From NCBI GenBank assembly GCA_963705125.1, contig CAVPIY010000005.1, forward strand, positions 20,793 to 84,792: DNA of 64,000 bases, read 5' to 3'. The notes below the pieces were generated by a model, which saw only the letters and a list, made by a program, of their open reading frames with translations, had not been told where the DNA came from and did not search any database. This document shows positions 19,652-27,274 of the stretch, in pieces. The first letter of the stretch is position 1; every line of letters starts with the position of its first letter. This stretch comes from an uncultured Bacteroidales bacterium. GTDB taxonomy: Bacteria > Bacteroidota > Bacteroidia > Bacteroidales > UBA10428. The translations under genes were made by a program, and so were the position numbers.

Positions 19652-21091
19652 ATGCATGATATGATAATGGGAATTTATTTATCGGGTTCACTGTTCATTG
19701 GCCTGTTGTTCTATTTTCTGAGAAACCATATCCCGCAGATCTTGCTTGCCGGTTCTTTCATTTTGCTGCAAAGTACCCTGGCTGTATATGAATACTTGCA
19801 TCCCGGCTTCACCCAGCTTGTCTATTTTACACCGGATGCCCTTGCCATTCTTTTCCTGGTCGTCATCAGCATTGTTTGTATCCCGGCGTTTTATCACAGT
19901 TTTGTCTATTTCTCAAAGCATCCCTATAAACCCCGTGAACAGGGTATGTATTTTGCTGCCATGGTGGTACTTACCGCATCCCTGAGTGCTGCCTATTTGT
20001 CCAATCACATCGGCCTCACCTGGGTATTCGTGGAGCTGACAACCCTGAGTGCATCTGCCCTGATCTATCACCGGCGGAACAAACTGACCCTCGAAGGCAC
20101 CTGGAAGTATATCTTTATCTGTTCCATCAGCATAACCCTGGTATTTATCGGCGTGTTGTTTGTCACTGTCGCCGTGCAACAGCAAGGAATACATGATCTG
20201 TTTTACAAAGACCTGTCTCTTCATGCCGGAAGCCTTAATGTATTCTGGCTTAAGCTTGCGTTCCTTTTCATTTTTACCGGATTTACGGCAAAGGCCGGAC
20301 TCGTGCCCATGTATACAGCCGGCATCGATGCGAAGGATAATGCCCCATACCCGGCTGCCGCCCTGCTGGCGAGTGTGCTGATGAACGTAGGCTTTATCGG
20401 TATTTTCCGGTTTTACGAGATTACAAGCCATACCGCCATTTTTAGATGGACCAACAACATCGTACTGATCTCCGCCCTGTTATCTGTATTTGTGGCTGCG
20501 GTTTATATGCTACGGGTCAAGAACATCAAAAGAATGATGGCCTATTCTGGTGTTGAACACATGGGAATCGTGATGCTTGGACTGGCTGCAGGCGGTATTG
20601 GCTATTATGCGGCCATTCTTCACCTGGTATTGCATTCCTTTGCCAAACCCGCGCTTTTCTTTCAGTTCGGACAAATATACAGGACTTACGGCAGCAAGAG
20701 TGTGTATGATGTGGGGAATTACTTCAAATACAACATGACCGGCGCGCTTGTCTTGTTGATCGCCTTTTTTGTGATCACTGCCATGCCACCCTCCGGCATG
20801 TTTGTGAGCGAATTTCTTGTTTTCCGGTCTTTGTTTGAGTCGGGAAACCTATGGGTGCTTATCATCGTGCTGATATTGCTTACCACCATCATCTGGGCCT
20901 TCGGGAAAAATGTTTTTAAAATGCTGTTCATCAAACCCATCGATTTTGATGACACCAAGGTTGAGCCTGTCCCGTTTTCGGAATCCATAAGCCAGTTTTT
21001 GCTTCTTGCCCTGGTGGTTTATTTAGGGCTGACTCCTCCGGATGAGCTGGTAGTCCTGATCCGGGAAGCCATTGGTACTTTGCCGCACTGA
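19652..21091 (+). CDS. HyfF-like antiporter-type membrane subunit (NuoM/N family)
   Basis: 479-aa polytopic ORF with a conserved Glu context (WVFVELTTLS) and a Lys context (FTAKAGLVP). Confidence 0.8.
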   Translation: MHDMIMGIYLSGSLFIGLLFYFLRNHIPQILLAGSFILLQSTLAVYEYLHPGFTQLVYFTPDALAILFLVVISIVCIPAFYHSFVYFSKHPYKPREQGMYFAAMVVLTASLSAAYLSNHIGLTWVFVELTTLSASALIYHRRNKLTLEGTWKYIFICSISITLVFIGVLFVTVAVQQQGIHDLFYKDLSLHAGSLNVFWLKLAFLFIFTGFTAKAGLVPMYTAGIDAKDNAPYPAAALLASVLMNVGFIGIFRFYEITSHTAIFRWTNNIVLISALLSVFVAAVYMLRVKNIKRMMAYSGVEHMGIVMLGLAAGGIGYYAAILHLVLHSFAKPALFFQFGQIYRTYGSKSVYDVGNYFKYNMTGALVLLIAFFVITAMPPSGMFVSEFLVFRSLFESGNLWVLIIVLILLTTIIWAFGKNVFKMLFIKPIDFDDTKVEPVPFSESISQFLLLALVVYLGLTPPDELVVLIREAIGTLPH

Positions 21092-21114
21092 TTCATGATA
21101 AAACAACTGCCACA

Positions 21115-22608
21115 ATGAATTCTTTATCAGTAAAAAATAACGAGTCAGTTCCCATATCGGATATCCCGGTCCTGCCTTACGATGATTTTCTGGAGATAAA
21201 TACAACCCGGGCCAAAGATGTATACGTTCACTGTGTGATCTACTTTGGCTGGCCGGCCGGTGAAAAGATCAGATTGTTCTGCTGCATGGCAGATGATGCG
21301 AAAGGAATTCTCATGATCTCTTCATCTGAAATAAAAAAAGGGGAAACTTATCCCTCGTTTACTGCAAAACATCTGGCCTTTCACCCTTTTGAACGGGAGA
21401 TGCACGAGATGCATGGGATTCAGTATGCGGATCATCCGTGGCTGAAACCCCTTCGTTTCCCGGCTTACCATGCGGGCAATGGGCTGTCGATGGCACAATA
21501 TCCTTTCTACCACATCGAGAGCGAGGAGCTGCACGAGGTGGGTGTTGGGCCGATCCATGCGGGGATCATTGAACCCGGGCATTTCCGCTTCATCTGCAAC
21601 GGGGAACAGATCCTGCACCTCGAGATACAACTGGGTTACCAGCACCGGGGTATCGAGCAACTTTTCCTCGATCGGAAAACCTTGCTGCAGCGCACAATTC
21701 TGGCCGAAAACATTGCCGGTGATTCGGTGGTGGGGCACACCACGGCCTTTGCCAATCTGTGGGAAAGCCTTTGCGGCTTTCTGCCGGATGACGATATTCT
21801 GTACGCCAGAACAGTGGCAGCCGAGCTGGAAAGAATAGCCATTCACACCGGTGACCTGAGCGCCATTTGCACAGATATTGCTTACCAGCTGGGAAGTTCG
21901 GTATTTGGCAGACTCCGGACACCGGTAATCAATACCTTTCAGGAATGGTGCGGTAACCGCCTGGCAAAGGGGATCATCCGGGCGGGCATGAACCGGTATC
22001 CGCTGAACCAAGTGATGGCTGATGCCCTCATCCGGCTGTTCGATAATTATGAACCCGATTTTAATGAAATGTACCAGCGAATGAAAACCCTGCCCAGTAT
22101 CCTGGCCCGGCTGGAAAGGACCGGCACTGTAACTGCGGATCACGCTGAACGGATTGGGGCCGTCGGGTTAGTCGCCAGGGCATCGGGCCTGATGCGTGAC
22201 ATCCGGTGGACACATCCCTATCTGCTTTACGGTCAGCTGCATCATCAGCCGATCATCAAGCACCATGGCGATGTATATTCAAGAACCCAGATCAGGAAGC
22301 AGGAGATCACCCAATCGATAAAGTATATGCGTGACCTGGTAAAGGAAATACCTGATTGTCTGACCGATGCAACGATCAAATCACCCCTGCCCGATTCATT
22401 CGTCATTTCCCTTACCGAAGGCTGGCGGGGCGAAATATGTCATTGTGCCATCACCAATGGATCAGGAGATCTTGCACTATATAAAATCAAAGACCCTTCA
22501 CTGCACAATTGGCTGGCCCTTGCACTGGCCGTCAGGAACAATGATATTTCTGATTTTCCGATCTGCAATAAAAGCTTTAACCTGAGCTATTGCGGGCACG
22601 ATTTATAG
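21115..22608 (+). CDS. HycE/HyfG/NuoCD-like large subunit lacking the NiFe-binding cysteine motifs
   Basis: 497-aa ORF with a NuoC-like N-terminus and a NuoD/HycE-like core (GPIHAGIIEPGHFRF, LGYQHRG). Where group-4 hydrogenases have R.CG.C...H, the sequence reads ENIAGDSVVGH (Ala201, Ser204, His208; 21715-21738). The C-terminus reads FNLSYCGHDL-stop instead of DPC..C..R/H plus an extension. Confidence 0.8.
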   Translation: MNSLSVKNNESVPISDIPVLPYDDFLEINTTRAKDVYVHCVIYFGWPAGEKIRLFCCMADDAKGILMISSSEIKKGETYPSFTAKHLAFHPFEREMHEMHGIQYADHPWLKPLRFPAYHAGNGLSMAQYPFYHIESEELHEVGVGPIHAGIIEPGHFRFICNGEQILHLEIQLGYQHRGIEQLFLDRKTLLQRTILAENIAGDSVVGHTTAFANLWESLCGFLPDDDILYARTVAAELERIAIHTGDLSAICTDIAYQLGSSVFGRLRTPVINTFQEWCGNRLAKGIIRAGMNRYPLNQVMADALIRLFDNYEPDFNEMYQRMKTLPSILARLERTGTVTADHAERIGAVGLVARASGLMRDIRWTHPYLLYGQLHHQPIIKHHGDVYSRTQIRKQEITQSIKYMRDLVKEIPDCLTDATIKSPLPDSFVISLTEGWRGEICHCAITNGSGDLALYKIKDPSLHNWLALALAVRNNDISDFPICNKSFNLSYCGHDL

Positions 22609-22656
22609 GACTTCCAGAAACTGTAACCATAGCCGCTAATAGAAAAAAACGAAACC

Positions 22657-23406
22657 ATGATCTCTGATATCAAGATATTAATCCATCAGGGGAAACAGTA
22701 TATACCCGATATAACCACGGCCGGCGTGCCCGGTATTTTCCGGGGAAGGCCTGTTATTTCATATGAAAAAACAGATGTGAACCAACTGGTGGAATTATGT
22801 CCCACCGGGGCCATCGCTCCTGATCCGTTGCGCATTGATCTGGGAAGATGTGTTTTCTGTGGCGAGTGCCAGTTTGCTTGCCCTTCCGGGATCACCTTCA
22901 CCAAAGATTATAAAATGGCTTCCTGTTCACGTGAAGACCTGATTATACATGAAGGCCGGAATGAACCCATAACCATCCGGCCTGAACAGGTCCGTAAAGA
23001 GATCCGTAGATATTTCGGGCGATCGCTTAAATTGCGTCAGGTTTCAGCAGGTGGTGACAACAGCTGTGAATGGGAGCTGAATGCTGCCGGGAATGTGAAT
23101 TTTGATATGGGGCGGTTTGGGATTGAATTTGTTGCTTCACCCCGCCATGCCGATGGTATTGTAATCACCGGACCCATTACCCGGAACATGTCGGAACCCT
23201 TACAAATATGTTATGATGCGGTGCCTCTTCCGAAAATTGTCATCCTGGCCGGTACCGATGCCATCAGCGGGGGTATTTTTGCCGGGAGTGGAGCGCTCGA
23301 CAGGTCATTTCTCGAAAGGTACCCTGTGGATCTTTATGTTCCGGGAAATCCGGTACACCCGCTCACTTTCATAAACGGAGTGCTCGGTTTAATCCGTACC
23401 GGATAA
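22657..23406 (+). CDS. Fusion of a degenerate ferredoxin-like (HycF/NuoI-like) domain with a HycG/NuoB-like small subunit lacking 3 of 4 cluster cysteines
   Basis: 249-aa ORF. The N-terminal part has a lone ELCPTGAI plus one full CVFCGECQFACP motif. The C-terminal part has NuoB/HycG signatures (RFGIEFVASPRHADGIVITG, PKIVILAG, ISGGIF, DLYVPG). The canonical Cys positions read Asp134 (23056-58), Cys137, Asp201 (23257-59) and Asn231 (23347-49). Confidence 0.8.
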   Translation: MISDIKILIHQGKQYIPDITTAGVPGIFRGRPVISYEKTDVNQLVELCPTGAIAPDPLRIDLGRCVFCGECQFACPSGITFTKDYKMASCSREDLIIHEGRNEPITIRPEQVRKEIRRYFGRSLKLRQVSAGGDNSCEWELNAAGNVNFDMGRFGIEFVASPRHADGIVITGPITRNMSEPLQICYDAVPLPKIVILAGTDAISGGIFAGSGALDRSFLERYPVDLYVPGNPVHPLTFINGVLGLIRTG

Positions 23407-24096
23407 CTGAATTAAATCGCCTATCCTGATCAGGTCAGCCTGATAATGCTTTTCAAGGATCATTCGGGGCAGATCAATTACCGGTCGTGCTGCCTTTTCA
23501 ATAATCGCGGTATCGGAAGTGGCAAGAACATCATAGGGCATATGTTTCAGGGCAAAATCGGCCGAACGGATCACCTGGCAGTTTCCCGCCAGGTGGCATT
23601 GTTCCAGCATGTCCCGGACAACCTGGGCATGTTTCTCACTGTGTGATACGGGAGAATCCAGAAATATATCCACGGAGGCAGGCTGCAAGGTTACCAGAAA
23701 ATCCATCAGCAGGGCAACACATTCACGGAAGGTGTTTTGATCCCGTAACCTGCCATGAAGCGAACCGGCGTCGCGCAGCAGATTATCGGTGGCGATAAAG
23801 GTAAAACGACCCAGCCGGTAGTTGAGCAGAGAAAATAGTACATTATAACCATCAACGGCCAGGGCAAGGCCTTTTGTTTCCTGTACAAGCCATGATTTTC
23901 TAATAGTTGATCTTTCACCGGAAGAAATTCCACGATAAAGCACCGTCCGTTGATCCCTGGTTAGCCTGTACCGGTCACCCACCAGCTTGATTGCCCCCCT
24001 TTCAGGATAATGCCGGTTCATCAGCCAGGCATAATCACGGCAGGCCTCCATGAAATCATTATTCAATAAATGCATTTTTTCATGCTTGAAGCACAA
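23389..24096 (-). CDS. Hypothetical protein, DUF434-like N-terminus with PIN/NYN-like C-terminal half
   Basis: 235-aa ORF. The LVGDRYRLTRDQRTVLYR segment recalls DUF434, and the C-terminal half has acidic-residue spacing reminiscent of PIN-like folds. The assignment is from memory only. Its 3' end overlaps the convergent small-subunit gene by 18 nt. Confidence 0.35.
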   Translation of the reverse strand: MCFKHEKMHLLNNDFMEACRDYAWLMNRHYPERGAIKLVGDRYRLTRDQRTVLYRGISSGERSTIRKSWLVQETKGLALAVDGYNVLFSLLNYRLGRFTFIATDNLLRDAGSLHGRLRDQNTFRECVALLMDFLVTLQPASVDIFLDSPVSHSEKHAQVVRDMLEQCHLAGNCQVIRSADFALKHMPYDVLATSDTAIIEKAARPVIDLPRMILEKHYQADLIRIGDLIQLSGTD

Positions 24097-24104
24097 TCAT
24101 GTCT

Positions 24105-26171
24105 CTACTTCCATTGAGGCCAGGAGACCACCGGGGCATAGTTTGATTCGTTGTACAGAGCTGGCCGTCGGGGAGCGTAAATCCGAGTCCCGGAATAAGG
24201 CCTGTCTTGCGTGTATATATAAATTGATTCCGTATCCCATACGATCAGTTCATCCCGGGGATCTCCGGTCAGGTCATGTGCGATCCAGGACAGGTCAGGA
24301 TGACCGTCGGCCGGGAACATCACCACCCTTCGCCCCCATCCGTCCACCAGGCCACCCTCCACCGTGTTCGGTGAAAGGAAGATGAATTCCGTGCCATCTC
24401 CGCGCCAGTTTACCGGCTGGACAGGAGAACCTGCATGGATCAGCTCGAAACTGGTAATCTCATCACCCGAACTCTTGTACAGGGTGATCAGTCCCGGTTC
24501 ACCCCAGTAGTTTATGTTGCAGAATTCCAGACCGGGCATGTCGGGCCGGAATTGCCCAACACTTGGCGTCTGTGCATGGCCCACACGGTGCTGCTTCAGG
24601 ATCCTTCCATCTCCGTCCAACAGCAGCACTCCGTCATCACTGCCACCGATGAAGATCTGTTCAGGGCCTCCGGTCAGTGTAAAGTCCCCGGCACAGATAC
24701 CATCGGCATGTTCTTCCATTTGTCCGTCGAGTGTCCACAGCAGCCTGCCTGTCGGATCGAATTTAGAGTACCCGATGTAGATCTCCTCTCTCCCATCCTT
24801 ATCGCTGTCCCGGAAAAGGGGGAAATGTCCCAGGTTGGCCGTGGCGGTCCAGAGCAGCTCGAAGCTGTTTGTGTAGGCCCAGAACCGCGTGTGGCGGTCC
24901 TTGATGATCACATCGAGCGGTTTGCCCTTTCCCTGCAGGTTGGCGAATGAGATGCAATCCACATTCAGGTAGGGAAGGTGGTCCCTGCGGTAGTAATGAT
25001 CATATTCAAGCCAGGACTTCTCATCCGGTAGGATGGTGGATGAAGGCACAGGGTAACGGGCCTTCTCCTTGCCGGTCCGACCCTCGAGTACCCGGATCCA
25101 CGGGCCTTGCGCCAGCACAACCTCAGCCTGGCCATCATCGTCAAGATCGTGTATCTGCACCGCCACGTCGTACGACACCCAGGCGTGCTCCGGATCGGGT
25201 TTGCCTTCCTGCCAGAGCATCTGACCGTCCTGATCCAGGGCGGTGAGACAGGTAATCTGGTTGTAGTTGCTGTTAAAGAAGGGCATGTTCTGCACAAGGA
25301 GAAAGTCAAGCCGTCCGTCACCGTCCAGGTCGCCCAACCGCAGTGCGCGCGCCACGCCGAAGCCTGGCGTTCGTATCCGCTTCCAAAGAACAGGTTGGGG
25401 ATTGTCACGCCGCAGGGTTGCGGTCTCTGCTTCCTGAGCCGCCTTTCGTGCGGTGAATTCCTCCCTGGCTTTGGCGGTGGCCGAGACCAGGACCTCATGA
25501 AAAGCAACCGGCGAAGTGGCGAAAAGTCCGATCTTCCCGCCGGAGTAGCGTTTGTCGGAAACATCGAAGATCTCGCGATCGTCTATCGAGCATCGGATTC
25601 GCGTTCCGGACGCTTCGACACGGAGCAAGTATACTCTCTCCGGATCGGTCGGGAAACGCCCGCTTGCAAGTTCGTGCCATCCGTCCTGACGGAAACCCTT
25701 CTCACCATCACGGTAACGGAGCGTTACCCGGTCTTCCTTGTCCAGACCAAACAGGTAATAGTGACGTCCATCCCGGTAACGGAACAGGATGCCGTTCAGG
25801 TCCTTACGGTTAAAGGGTGTAAGCCTGACCTCAAGTGTGTAGTCGCCCCAGAGTGGATCGCCATAACAGAGGATTGGATAGGTGAACTCATGGGTCCACA
25901 CCGATGAATTATACCCAAGGTACTGGAGCGTATGTTTTCCGTCTGATTCGAATACATTCCACTCCTCGGGCCCGCGGTTATTCACGATTTCCCAGCCGTC
26001 GGTGAACTGTCGCGGGACATAATGATATTCCGGGAAACCTTTTGCGGCAAAGTCCCCGAATCTTCCCGGTGACAGTCGTGAGAAGTCGCAAAATGCCAGG
26101 AGCGAATCGGCCGGGTCCGATGTCTGGTGAGCCGAAAAGGCCGCCAGTAAGCATACAATCCAGGTAATCAT
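24105..26171 (-). CDS. Secreted beta-propeller protein with repeated DxDxDG (FG-GAP/VCBS or PL11-like) calcium-type motifs and an N-terminal concanavalin/DUF1080-like jelly-roll
   Basis: 688-aa ORF with a signal peptide (MITWIVCLLAAFSA). Repeats include LGDLDGDGRLDFLLV, IHDLDDDGQAEVVLA, FRDSDKDGREEIYIG and HDLTGDPRDELIVWD. The N-terminal domain reads GDYTLEVRL...NGILFRYRDGRHYYLFGL. Confidence 0.5.
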   Translation of the reverse strand: MITWIVCLLAAFSAHQTSDPADSLLAFCDFSRLSPGRFGDFAAKGFPEYHYVPRQFTDGWEIVNNRGPEEWNVFESDGKHTLQYLGYNSSVWTHEFTYPILCYGDPLWGDYTLEVRLTPFNRKDLNGILFRYRDGRHYYLFGLDKEDRVTLRYRDGEKGFRQDGWHELASGRFPTDPERVYLLRVEASGTRIRCSIDDREIFDVSDKRYSGGKIGLFATSPVAFHEVLVSATAKAREEFTARKAAQEAETATLRRDNPQPVLWKRIRTPGFGVARALRLGDLDGDGRLDFLLVQNMPFFNSNYNQITCLTALDQDGQMLWQEGKPDPEHAWVSYDVAVQIHDLDDDGQAEVVLAQGPWIRVLEGRTGKEKARYPVPSSTILPDEKSWLEYDHYYRRDHLPYLNVDCISFANLQGKGKPLDVIIKDRHTRFWAYTNSFELLWTATANLGHFPLFRDSDKDGREEIYIGYSKFDPTGRLLWTLDGQMEEHADGICAGDFTLTGGPEQIFIGGSDDGVLLLDGDGRILKQHRVGHAQTPSVGQFRPDMPGLEFCNINYWGEPGLITLYKSSGDEITSFELIHAGSPVQPVNWRGDGTEFIFLSPNTVEGGLVDGWGRRVVMFPADGHPDLSWIAHDLTGDPRDELIVWDTESIYIYTQDRPYSGTRIYAPRRPALYNESNYAPVVSWPQWK

Positions 26172-26183
26172 ATTGAATTCTGT

Positions 26184-27173
26184 TTAAATACCGAAAACCC
26201 AGGAGGGCACCTCCATGCGGGCACCCTTTGTCGGATCAACGATCTGGTTGATTTTCAGCCGCCCTGTGAGACCAACCAGCATCCGGGCCTCATTTTCAGT
26301 GCGCCCGGTACGTTCCCTGAGCAGGTTGACCATATCATCCGTAGCCTGCCATGCTGCTTCTTCCAGGTCCTTATGAGCTCCGATTGTGGAGAAAGACTCG
26401 GCCCTGATGATCACGGGCCGTTCCGAGAGCGACCCGGGCAGCTTGCGGAATCTCACCAGGGCTTCGGCATCCGTTTCGATGCCCTGGCCTGTGATTTCCC
26501 CGTCGCCCTGAAGGGCATGGGCATCCCCCATGCCAACCAGTGCGCCTTCCACGCGGGCCTTGAAGACTACTGTGCTGCCGGCACGAACGTCCCTGCAGTC
26601 CATGTTCCCGCCTGTATCTCCCGGAGTGCGTGTATCAACGGTACCTTCGGCCGGGGCAACTCCGATCCCGCCCAGCATGGGCTCAAGCGGCAGTCGCAGC
26701 GTCGGCGAGAATAGGACATACCCGTCGAGTAATTCAAAGATCCTCCCGCTGCAGTAACCCCACTCACCAACCTTAATATCCAGGATGTCGATCGCAAGCA
26801 CGTCGCCCGGAGCAATACCCTCTACATAAACAGGTCCGGTCATCGGGTTAATAACTGCATCGGGTCCCGGCTCACAGAAAACACCATCACGGGTGACGAG
26901 CCCCGGCATGCCATGGGACATGTCAACCAGGACTACCTCACCGATCCTTACACGAAAGGCAGGTTCCATCATGGGATGCCACGTAGTGAAGTTCCGGTCG
27001 CGTGACAACCGGCGCACGCCTTCTGTTTGTGCAGCCTGAAGGAGGTTATCCTTAAAACCTGCGGTAACCGCAGGTGCGAAAAGCAAAGTCTTCATGAATT
27101 CGCTACGGTCCATATATTCAACTTCTTTCTTTTCCCTGCAATTTAACTGAATTTGACAGCATGTCAAAATCAA
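26184..27173 (-). CDS. Acetamidase/formamidase-family amidohydrolase
   Basis: 329-aa ORF. GPVYVEGIAPGDVLAIDILDI and GGNMDCRD are typical of FmdA/AmdA. The probable start is MDRSEF at 27113. Confidence 0.8.
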   Translation of the reverse strand: MILTCCQIQLNCREKKEVEYMDRSEFMKTLLFAPAVTAGFKDNLLQAAQTEGVRRLSRDRNFTTWHPMMEPAFRVRIGEVVLVDMSHGMPGLVTRDGVFCEPGPDAVINPMTGPVYVEGIAPGDVLAIDILDIKVGEWGYCSGRIFELLDGYVLFSPTLRLPLEPMLGGIGVAPAEGTVDTRTPGDTGGNMDCRDVRAGSTVVFKARVEGALVGMGDAHALQGDGEITGQGIETDAEALVRFRKLPGSLSERPVIIRAESFSTIGAHKDLEEAAWQATDDMVNLLRERTGRTENEARMLVGLTGRLKINQIVDPTKGARMEVPSWVFGI

Positions 27174-27274
27174 TAATCAAAAAAGAGCTAAAAGATGTTA
27201 CTTAGTAGCTGATCTTGAAAAATATGTAATAAAAGTATCTCATAAACTGTTAATAACTACCCAATTTTACTATA

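Noticed and set aside
16079-23406. Annotating the cluster as a functional hydrogenase-4 / formate hydrogenlyase (hyfBCEFGI).
   Set aside because: Gene order and folds match. However, the NiFe ligands (large subunit) and 3 of 4 proximal-cluster cysteines (small subunit) are replaced. There is no C-terminal maturation peptide, and no hyp, hycI or fdhF genes are in the window. I call the subunits Hyf/Hyc-like only.
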